Assembly (NCBI GenBank): GCA_964449175.1
Contig: CAYUYH010000001.1
Coordinates: 1-59,215, forward strand
Length of the DNA stretch: 59,215 bases
Direction: 5' to 3'
From: an uncultured Planctomycetaceae bacterium
Lineage (GTDB): Bacteria > Planctomycetota > Phycisphaerae > SM23-33
Each line of letters starts with the position of its first letter. Position 1 is the first letter of the stretch. The notes below the pieces were generated by a model. It saw only the letters and a list, made by a program, of their open reading frames with translations. It made no database searches and had not been told where the DNA came from. Positions 46,030-53,895 of the stretch are shown piece by piece. Both the position numbers and the translations under genes were made by a program.

Positions 46030-47499
46030 ATGGCTGAGCAGACGGACTTGCTGCTGATCAACCCCGGCGGTCGGCGCCAGTCCTATCAAGACCTGGGGGA
46101 GGACCTCTCCGGCGTCGAGCCGCCCATTTGGATAGGCCTGCTGGCGACCAACGCTCGCAACGCCGGCTTCAGCGCAGCGGTGATCGACGCCGACGCCGAG
46201 GGCCTGTCTCCCGAGCAGGTGGCCCAGATCGTCGCGCGCGACAGGCCGCTGCTGGCGGCGACGATCGTCTTCGGCGCGAATCCGTCGGCTTCCACGCAGA
46301 AGATGTCGGCCGCAGGTGAGACCTGCTCGGCCATCCGCGACGCCGCTGCGTCCGTCAAGCAGATGCTCGGCGGGCTGCATGTCTCGGCCTTGCCGGAACG
46401 GACGCTGCGTGAGGAGTCGGTGGACTTCGTCTGCCAGGGCGAGGGCCCGGCCACCATTCGCCCGCTCCTGGCCAAGCTCCGCGCCGGCCCGGACGACTAC
46501 GGCGCCAACCCGGGCCAGTGGGATTGGCGGGACCGGCAGGTCGCCTCGAATCCCCCCGCCCCGCTGATAGGCGATCTCGACGCCGAGCTGCCGGGCGTGG
46601 CGTGGGACCTGCTGCCGATGGACCGGTACCGCGCCCACAACTGGCACTGCTTCGACCACATCGACCACCGCAGCCCATACGCGGTGATCTACACCTCGCT
46701 CGGCTGTCCGTTCCGCTGCCACTTCTGCTGCATAAACGCCCTGTTTGGCCGCAGCGGCATCCGCTATCGCAGCATCGAGCAGACCGTCGGCGAGATCGAC
46801 CTGCTCGTGCGGGAATACGGCGTCAAGAACATCAAGATTCTCGACGAGCTGTTCGTGATCAAGCGCGACCGCGTCGAGAAGTTCTGCGACATGCTGGTCG
46901 ATCGCGACTACGACCTGAACTTCTGGGCCTACGCCCGCGTGGACACCGTCGACCCGGACATCCTCCGCAAGCTGCGGGCCGCCGGCGTGCGATGGCTGGC
47001 GTACGGGTTCGAGTCGGCCTCGCAGACCGTGCGCGACGGCGTGTCAAAGAGGTTCTCGACCGCGACCGTCGACAACGCCATCCGATGGACAAGGGAGGCC
47101 GGCATCCACATCATCGCCAACTACATCGTCGGCCTGCCCGACGACACCCACGAGACCATGCAGGAGACGCTGGACGAGGCCATCCGGCACAACTTCGAGT
47201 TTCTCAACATCTACTGCGCGATGGCCTATCCCGGCTCGCGCTTGTACGACCAGGCCCTCGCCGAGGGCTGGCCATTACCCGACACGTGGCACGGGTATTC
47301 TCAACTGGGGTATGAGACGCTGCCCCTGCCGACAAAGCACCTGACCGCGGCCGAGGTGCTGGAGTTCAGGGACGCCGCGTTCGCCAGATACTATGAAAGG
47401 CCCGAGTATATCCGGATGATCGCCGAGAAGTTCTCTCCGAAAGCAGCCGAACACATTCGGCAGATGACCAACCGCCAGATCGCCCGCAAGCACTGCTAG
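46030..47499 (+). CDS. B12-binding-domain radical SAM enzyme (class B rSAM, methyltransferase-like)
   Basis: N-terminal Rossmann-like B12 domain (LLLINPG...VIDADAEGL). CxxxCxxC present as GCPFRCHFCC. Confidence 0.8.
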   Translation: MAEQTDLLLINPGGRRQSYQDLGEDLSGVEPPIWIGLLATNARNAGFSAAVIDADAEGLSPEQVAQIVARDRPLLAATIVFGANPSASTQKMSAAGETCSAIRDAAASVKQMLGGLHVSALPERTLREESVDFVCQGEGPATIRPLLAKLRAGPDDYGANPGQWDWRDRQVASNPPAPLIGDLDAELPGVAWDLLPMDRYRAHNWHCFDHIDHRSPYAVIYTSLGCPFRCHFCCINALFGRSGIRYRSIEQTVGEIDLLVREYGVKNIKILDELFVIKRDRVEKFCDMLVDRDYDLNFWAYARVDTVDPDILRKLRAAGVRWLAYGFESASQTVRDGVSKRFSTATVDNAIRWTREAGIHIIANYIVGLPDDTHETMQETLDEAIRHNFEFLNIYCAMAYPGSRLYDQALAEGWPLPDTWHGYSQLGYETLPLPTKHLTAAEVLEFRDAAFARYYERPEYIRMIAEKFSPKAAEHIRQMTNRQIARKHC

Positions 47500-47501
47500 A
47501 C

Positions 47502-48215
47502 GTGTCTGAGAACACCGAGATAATCGTTCTTCTTCAGAATCGGGGCAGGGTCGACTCGGTCGCCCGGTTCCTCGACAGCGTTACCGTCACCGCCGACCGC
47601 CCGGACAGGCTGGAGGTGGTGCTGTATCTCGACGCCGACGACCAGGCCAGCCACGACGCGAATCACGACGGCCTGAGAATCGTAAAGCTCATCCGCCCGG
47701 CTGTCAGAATGGGCGAGATGCAGCGCGCCTGCTTCCACGCCAGCCGCGGGCGATACATCATGTTGATGAACGATGACGCCGTCTGCCGGACGCAGGGCTG
47801 GGACACCGCGATCCTGGCTGAGTTCGACAGATTCCCCGACGGCGTCGCCCTGGCCTGGTGCAACGATCTGTGCCTCGGGCCGAGGATGGCGAACTTCCCC
47901 TGCATTTCGCGGGGAGTCTGCGAGCTGATGGGCGAGCCGTGCCCGGCCGACTTCAGCCACGACTACGTCGACACGCACATCTTCGACACCTTCCACAAGC
48001 TGCGGGCCGCCGGACACGATCGCCTGGCGTATCTGCCGCAGGTCATCATCGAGCATCTGCACCACGAGGCCGGCAAGGCCGCGTTCGACCTCACGTACGT
48101 CAAGCCGAGACGCCAGGGGGACGAGCTGGCCTTCATCGCCTGGGACGAGCAGCGCCAGGCGCTCGCCGACGCGCTCGCCGCGCGGAGCAACGGGAAGCCG
48201 CCATGCGATTCGTAG
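47502..48215 (+). CDS. GT-A-like glycosyltransferase (short paralog of the N-terminal half of 26280..27725)
   Basis: IIVLLQNRGRVDSVARFLDSV...IMLMNDDAVCRTQGW...FPDGVALAWC aligns with 26280..27725. GTG start. Confidence 0.5.
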   Translation: MSENTEIIVLLQNRGRVDSVARFLDSVTVTADRPDRLEVVLYLDADDQASHDANHDGLRIVKLIRPAVRMGEMQRACFHASRGRYIMLMNDDAVCRTQGWDTAILAEFDRFPDGVALAWCNDLCLGPRMANFPCISRGVCELMGEPCPADFSHDYVDTHIFDTFHKLRAAGHDRLAYLPQVIIEHLHHEAGKAAFDLTYVKPRRQGDELAFIAWDEQRQALADALAARSNGKPPCDS

Positions 48216-49771
48216 GCAACGAACAGCCTCGCGGCCGCCTCGACGTCAGCCTGGTGCTGATGGACTGGGGCTGTCGCGAGAGCTTCCACATCCTGGACTA
48301 CCTGGCGGAGCAGACGGCCGACCGCAGCCGATTCGAGATCATCTGGTTGGAGTTCTACGGCCCGTCGCCGCGGCTGTGCGCGCGGATCGACGCCGCCCGC
48401 GCAGCCGGCAAGCGGCCGGGCGTGGACGTCTATGCGGCCATGGAGATGGACGCCGGCCTGTGCTACCACAAGCACCTGATGATGAACCTCGGGATCGTCC
48501 TGGCCCGCGGGAAGGTCGTCTGCTTCACCGACTCCGACGCGCTGGTGCGCCCGACGTTCGTGGAGTCCATCATCGGCGCGTTCGCCGAGGACGACGACAT
48601 CGTGCTGCACATGGATGAGGCGCGCAACAGCGATCCGAGCTTCTACCCGTTCGCCCGGCCGGCCTTCGATGACATCACGGGCTTCGGGTCGATGAACTGG
48701 CTCAACGGCCGACCGACGGGCCTGCTGGACAAGACCGATCCGCTGCACAGCCCGAACTACGGCGCGTGCATGGCCGCGACACGCCGCAACCTCATCGCCG
48801 CCGGCGGCGCGGACATGCACATCGACTACCTCGGCCACATCGCCGGGCCCTACGAGATGACGTGGCGGCTGGTCAACGCCGGCAAGCGAGAGGTGTGGCA
48901 TGACAGCGAGTGGCTGTACCACGTCTGGCACCCCGGCCAGGCTGGAGACCGGAACCTCGCCGGGCCGCACGACGGCATGCACGTCTCCCTGCGCGCCCTG
49001 GAGGCGCGAGACACCGGCCGAACCGAGCCGTTCGCCCCCCACCCCGCCATCGCCATGCTGCGCGACGCGCCCGAGACCCCCGTCTCCGAGCTTCTGGCCG
49101 CACTGGTCGACCCGCGGTGGCGGCAGGACTGGCGATACGACCGGCTGGCCGGGGCCGAGCGGACATACCGCCTCGGCGCGGGCCAGGTCCGCCTCACCGA
49201 GCACGGCGACGACAACCACCCAGCCGCCGATCGCATCGCTGCGCCCAAGCCTGTGTTCGGGCACGCATTCAAGCGGCGGGACCGCTTGCGGCATCTGCCC
49301 TTGCTGGCGGGAATAGTCTGGCGGCAGCTGCGGGTCAAGCGGCGCGCGGCCGGCTGGTCGCGCCCGCGCCCGGGCAGCTCCCCGGCCCGCGAGTGGGGCC
49401 GGAAGATCCGGGCGACGGTCGGCTTTCTCAGGAGAATCCTCGCGTTCGACGAGTGGCAGTTTCGCCAGTGCTGGTGGGCCCTAGCCTACGCAGCCCAGGA
49501 GGGCAGGCGGCAGGTCGTCCTCTACGGCCAGGGCGATGCCGCGCGCATCCTCTGCGCCCTGTCCAGGCACCTGCCGGTCAGCGTGACGGGGATCTGCCCC
49601 GCCGGGCGAAGCGGTCGGGGGCGCCTGTTCGGGCGTCCCGCGATTGCGCCGGAGCAACTGGCCGGGAACGGCATGCCGGTTGTCGTGGCGGCGTTCGTCG
49701 ACATACCGGCCTACGTGGCGCGCCTCGAGGAACTCGGCCTCTCACGCGACAAAATCATCACACTGCAATAG
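48203..49771 (+). CDS. GT-A-like glycosyltransferase (paralog of the N-terminal domain of 27725..31855) with a C-terminal Rossmann-like domain
   Basis: VSLVLMDWGCRESFHILDYL...YHKHLMMNLG...FTDSDA...NYGACMAA...HVWHPGQAGDRNLAGPHDG...LEARDTGR is collinear with the giant protein. Confidence 0.6.
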   Translation: MRFVGNEQPRGRLDVSLVLMDWGCRESFHILDYLAEQTADRSRFEIIWLEFYGPSPRLCARIDAARAAGKRPGVDVYAAMEMDAGLCYHKHLMMNLGIVLARGKVVCFTDSDALVRPTFVESIIGAFAEDDDIVLHMDEARNSDPSFYPFARPAFDDITGFGSMNWLNGRPTGLLDKTDPLHSPNYGACMAATRRNLIAAGGADMHIDYLGHIAGPYEMTWRLVNAGKREVWHDSEWLYHVWHPGQAGDRNLAGPHDGMHVSLRALEARDTGRTEPFAPHPAIAMLRDAPETPVSELLAALVDPRWRQDWRYDRLAGAERTYRLGAGQVRLTEHGDDNHPAADRIAAPKPVFGHAFKRRDRLRHLPLLAGIVWRQLRVKRRAAGWSRPRPGSSPAREWGRKIRATVGFLRRILAFDEWQFRQCWWALAYAAQEGRRQVVLYGQGDAARILCALSRHLPVSVTGICPAGRSGRGRLFGRPAIAPEQLAGNGMPVVVAAFVDIPAYVARLEELGLSRDKIITLQ

Positions 49772-49898
49772 CCTGTACCACGTTATGGTTGGAGGACGGA
49801 TATTGTCTTGCGACGGATGCACCGGACAGATAGCCTCACGACGTCGGCGTCGGGCATTTCTCGGGGCAGTTGTCGCCTGACTACTGAGGGACATCAAT

Positions 49899-50834
49899 AT
49901 GACCAAGGTCTTCGTGACGGGAGCTGCCGGCTACATCGGCTCGGTGCTCGTGCCACGGCTTCTCCAGGCGGGGCATTCCGTGCTGGCCATGGACAACTTT
50001 ATGTACGGCCAGACGTCTCTACTGGACTGCTGCAACGATCCGAAGTTCGAGCTGGTCCGTGGCGACTGCCGCGACCGTGAGCTTCTCGCCCGGTGTCTGG
50101 AGGGGGCTGACTTCGTGCTGCCACTGGCGTGCCTGACCGGCGCGCCGCTGTGCAAGCGAGACCCGGTCGGCGCCAGGACGATCATCGTCGACGCCGTTCG
50201 CGACCTGCTCGAGCTGCGCTCGCCAGGGCAGTGGATCGTCTACCCCACCACCAACAGCGGCTACGGCGTCGGCGAGAAGGGCAAGCACTGCACGGAGGAG
50301 ACGCCGCTGCGCCCGATCAGCCTGTACGGCAAGCTCAAGTGCGAGGCTGAGAAGCTCCTGCTCGACGCCGGCGGCGCGATCACGCTGCGACTGGCGACGG
50401 TCTTCGGCGCCAGCCCGCGAATGCGGACGGACCTGCTGGTCAACGACTTCGTGCTGCGGGCGGTGCGAGACCGCTTCATCATCCTCTTCGAGGCCCATTT
50501 CCAGCGGAACTACCTGCACATTCGCGACGCAGCCGACGCGTTCGTCCACTGCATCGAGAACTTCGACGCGATGGCCGGCGAGCCCTACAACGTGGGCCTC
50601 TCGGATGCGAACATCTCCAAGCTCCAGCTCTGCGAGGAGATTCGCCGGCAGGTGCCGGAGTTCCACATCCAGGAATGCGCCCTGGCCGAGGACCCGGACA
50701 AGCGAGACTACATCGTCTCGAACGCCAAGATCGAGGCGACCGGCTTCAAGGCCCGGCGGACGCTCCAGGAAGGCATCGCCGAGCTGATCAAGGCGTATCG
50801 CGTGCTGCCGACCTTCCCGTACGGCAACGTCTGA
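49899..50834 (+). CDS. Extended SDR NAD(P)-dependent sugar epimerase/dehydratase/reductase
   Basis: VTGAAGYIGSVLV and catalytic YGKLK (YxxxK). Confidence 0.8.
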   Translation: MTKVFVTGAAGYIGSVLVPRLLQAGHSVLAMDNFMYGQTSLLDCCNDPKFELVRGDCRDRELLARCLEGADFVLPLACLTGAPLCKRDPVGARTIIVDAVRDLLELRSPGQWIVYPTTNSGYGVGEKGKHCTEETPLRPISLYGKLKCEAEKLLLDAGGAITLRLATVFGASPRMRTDLLVNDFVLRAVRDRFIILFEAHFQRNYLHIRDAADAFVHCIENFDAMAGEPYNVGLSDANISKLQLCEEIRRQVPEFHIQECALAEDPDKRDYIVSNAKIEATGFKARRTLQEGIAELIKAYRVLPTFPYGNV

Positions 50835-50847
50835 CACGGAGGCGGAC

Positions 50848-52077
50848 ATGAAGAACACGCAGACGAAGGCTGCGGGCGTGCGAATACCGTTCGGCACGAT
50901 CACGATCACGCAGACGGCCAAGGACCTGATCGCCGAGGCGCTCGCCAGTCAGCGGCTGAGCAGCGGGAATCTCGTCCGGCGGCTGGAGCAGCGATTCGCG
51001 GAGCTGACCGGCACGAAGGAGGCGGTGGCGGTCTCGTCCGGTACGGACGCCGACGCCTTGGCACTGGCGGCGCTGCACGACTTCGGCGCGAAGCGCGGCG
51101 ACGAGGTCATCGTGCCAGCCCTGTCGTTCGTGGCCACGGGCAACGCCGTCCTCCAGGCCGGCTTGACCCCCGTGTTCGTGGACATCGAGCGCGAGACGTT
51201 GAACATCAATCCGTCGAAGGTCGCCGCCGCCGTGACCGACCGGACGGTCGCGATCATGCCGGTCCACCTGATGGGCAAGCCGGCTGAGATGGACACGATC
51301 AACGCCGTCGCCGCCGCCCGCGACCTGTTCGTCGTCGAGGACGCCGCAGAGGCACACGGGGCGACCTACAAGGGCCGAAACGTCGGAACTCTCGGCGACA
51401 TGGCCGCTTACAGCCTCTATGTCGCGCACATAATCACGTCCATCGAGGGCGGCATCGTCACGACCGACCGCGAGGACTTCGCCGAGGTGCTCCGCTCCCT
51501 CCGCTCCCACGGGCGTGCGTGCAAGTGCGCCCAGTGCGTGATCAACAGCTCCGGCGGCGCGTGCAAGAGGCGGTTCCAGTACGGCTCGGACGTGCGATTC
51601 GTGTTCGAGCGGATCGGCTTCTCATGCAAGATGAACGAGCTGGAGGCCGCGGTCGGCCTGGGCAGCATGGAGCTGTACGACCAGATCCTCGACATCCGGC
51701 ACAGGAACCTGATCGCCATGTCTGAGGGGATGCGGCAGTTCGCGCCGTACCTGATGACCTTCCGCGAGGAAGAGCACGAGCGCATCGGCCCGCACGCCCT
51801 GCCGATCCTGGTGGCCGAGGATGCGCCCTTCTCGCGCGACGAACTGGTCACGCACCTCGAGCAGGCCGGCATCGACACGCGAAACCTGTTCGCGTCCATG
51901 CCGACGCAGTGCGCGGGGTTCAAGTTCCTCGGCCACTCACTCGGCGAGTTCCCCGAGGCGGAGTACGCCGGCACGCACGGCCTGCACCTCGGCGTGCACC
52001 AGGACCTCGGCCCGGAGCACATCGAGTATCTGATGGACACGCTGGACGGCTTCATCTCAGCCAGGTGCGGGAGGTAG
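50848..52077 (+). CDS. DegT/RfbH-family PLP/PMP enzyme with the 3-dehydrase signature (Lys replaced by His, Cys-cluster insert)
   Basis: SLYVAHIITSIEGG (His194 where aminotransferases have Lys) and HGRACKCAQCVINSSGGACKRRF, which resembles the GR.C.C...C.KRF Fe-S loop of RfbH/E1. Confidence 0.65.
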   Translation: MKNTQTKAAGVRIPFGTITITQTAKDLIAEALASQRLSSGNLVRRLEQRFAELTGTKEAVAVSSGTDADALALAALHDFGAKRGDEVIVPALSFVATGNAVLQAGLTPVFVDIERETLNINPSKVAAAVTDRTVAIMPVHLMGKPAEMDTINAVAAARDLFVVEDAAEAHGATYKGRNVGTLGDMAAYSLYVAHIITSIEGGIVTTDREDFAEVLRSLRSHGRACKCAQCVINSSGGACKRRFQYGSDVRFVFERIGFSCKMNELEAAVGLGSMELYDQILDIRHRNLIAMSEGMRQFAPYLMTFREEEHERIGPHALPILVAEDAPFSRDELVTHLEQAGIDTRNLFASMPTQCAGFKFLGHSLGEFPEAEYAGTHGLHLGVHQDLGPEHIEYLMDTLDGFISARCGR

Positions 52078-52080
52078 CCC

Positions 52081-53025
52081 GTGCGGACCGACTCGCGGAT
52101 ATACGTCGCCGGCCACACCGGAATGGTGGGCAGCGCCCTCTGCCGCCTGCTTCGGCGGCGCGGCTGCGAGAAGCTGATCCTCCGCACGCGCGCCGAGCTG
52201 GATCTGACGGACAGATCCGCCGTCGAGGAGCTGTTCCGCACCGAGAGGCCGGAGTACGTGTTTCTGGCGGCCGCGATGGTCGGCGGAATCAAGCGCAACG
52301 CCTCGTCGCCGGCTGAGATGATCCACGTGAACCTGGCGATCCAGGACAACGTGATCGACCTCGCCTGGCGGCACGGCGCGGCGAAGCTGCTGTTCATCGC
52401 GTCAGGCTGCACGTATCCCAAGCACTGCCCCGTGCCCATCCGCCCCGAGGCGATGCTCACCGGGCCGATCGAGCCGAGCAACGAGCCGTTCGCCGTCGCC
52501 AAGATCGCCGGCATCCGCATGTGCCAGGCCTACAACGCCCAGTACGGAACGCACTTCATCTCGGTCATACCGGCGACGATGTACGGGCCGGGCGACCACT
52601 TCCACGACGGCGGGCACGTGATCTCCGCGCTGATCGCCAGGTTCCACGCCGCCAAGGCCTCCGGCGCGCCGGCCGTGGAGATATGGGGCACGGGCACGCC
52701 GCGGCGCGAGTTCGTCTACGTTGACGACGCCGCCGAGGCAATGGCGCTGCTGATGGACGCCTGCGACGACAGCGAGGTGGTCCACATCGGCGTCGGCGAG
52801 AGCATGTCGATCGCCGACCTGGCCCGGAAGATCGCCCGCGTCGTCGGCTTCACAGGCGAGATCACCTTCGATACCGCCCGGCCTGACGGCATACCCGAGC
52901 GACTGCTGGACTCCGGCAAGATATCCGAGCTTGGCTGGCGGCCGCGAACGTTGCTCGACGACGGCCTGGCCAAGACCTACGCGTGGTACCTCCAGCAGCT
53001 TCGCTCGGCTGCCGCAGTGAAATAG
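52081..53025 (+). CDS. fcl: GDP-L-fucose synthase (GDP-4-keto-6-deoxymannose 3,5-epimerase/4-reductase) homologue with Phe at the catalytic Tyr position
   Basis: VAGHTGMVGSA, LLFIASGCTYPK, EPSNEPFAVAKIAGIRMC, GGHVISAL are collinear with E. coli Fcl. The TTC codon is at 52489..52491. Confidence 0.75.
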   Translation: MRTDSRIYVAGHTGMVGSALCRLLRRRGCEKLILRTRAELDLTDRSAVEELFRTERPEYVFLAAAMVGGIKRNASSPAEMIHVNLAIQDNVIDLAWRHGAAKLLFIASGCTYPKHCPVPIRPEAMLTGPIEPSNEPFAVAKIAGIRMCQAYNAQYGTHFISVIPATMYGPGDHFHDGGHVISALIARFHAAKASGAPAVEIWGTGTPRREFVYVDDAAEAMALLMDACDDSEVVHIGVGESMSIADLARKIARVVGFTGEITFDTARPDGIPERLLDSGKISELGWRPRTLLDDGLAKTYAWYLQQLRSAAAVK

Positions 53026-53049
53026 GCGACCGAGACTGGCGAGAGGCGA

Positions 53050-53760
53050 ATGGCGGAACGAGACAGCGACACGACGGTGTGCATCCTGGCCGGCGGGCTG
53101 AGCACCCGCCTGCGCCCGCTGACCGACACGATCCCAAAGCCCATGATCCCCGTCGGCGGGCAGCCCTTCCTGCAACTGCTGCTGGAGCACTTCTCGTCGC
53201 TGGGGCATCGGCGCTTCGTCCTCGCCGTCAGCTACCTGTGGGAGCGGATCCGCGACTATTTCGGCGACGGCTCGCAGCTCGGGGCGGAGATCAAGTACTC
53301 CGTCGAGGCCGCCCCGCTCGGCACGGGCGGTGCGACGCTGTGGGCCCAGCCGCTGTGGGGGCCGAGGGCCATCGTGGCCAACGGAGACACGTTCCTTCCC
53401 GAGGACTGGCGCGGCCTGGCCGCGACGCACGCCTCGGCCGGCCTGCCGGCGACGATGGCGCTGGTCCGCCAGGACGACTGCGCCCGCTTTGGCCGGGTCG
53501 AGGTCGCCGGCGGGCGAGTGACCGGCTTCGTCGAGAAGAGTCCAGACGCGGGAAGCGGGTGGATCAACGCCGGCGTGTACGTCCTGGAGGCTGAGGCACT
53601 GACAGCCTTTGAGCGCGGGCAGGCGTTCTCGCTGGAGCGCGACGTGTTCCCCGCCATGGTCGGCCGAATCGCCGCCCATCAGTGCCGCAGCTCGTTCGCA
53701 GACATCGGCACGCCGGAATCCTTGGACGACTTCAGACGCGAGCAGCAGACCGCCCGCTAG
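53050..53760 (+). CDS. Sugar-1-phosphate nucleotidyl(guanylyl)transferase, HddC/ManC-N-like
   Basis: ILAGGLSTRLRPLTDTIPKPMIPVGGQPFL...EAAPLGTGGA. 236 aa. Confidence 0.75.
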   Translation: MAERDSDTTVCILAGGLSTRLRPLTDTIPKPMIPVGGQPFLQLLLEHFSSLGHRRFVLAVSYLWERIRDYFGDGSQLGAEIKYSVEAAPLGTGGATLWAQPLWGPRAIVANGDTFLPEDWRGLAATHASAGLPATMALVRQDDCARFGRVEVAGGRVTGFVEKSPDAGSGWINAGVYVLEAEALTAFERGQAFSLERDVFPAMVGRIAAHQCRSSFADIGTPESLDDFRREQQTAR

Positions 53761-53895
53761 GCCGCGTGGGGCTGGCAACTGTGTTGCACGCGGCGGAATT
53801 CGGCGCGCAACGAGTTGCCCGCCCTACTTCCCCGCCCTTCGACTTGCTGCGCTCGCTTCCGACTTCGCCCGCTGGGCTTCGCCGGACACGCAGGA

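Noticed and set aside
53761-53895. Possible bidirectional terminator between the convergent nucleotidyltransferase and aminotransferase genes (GCCGCGTG...CACGCGGC, 8-bp stem).
   Set aside because: The loop is about 18 nt and there is no flanking T/A tract. This is not convincing as an intrinsic terminator.
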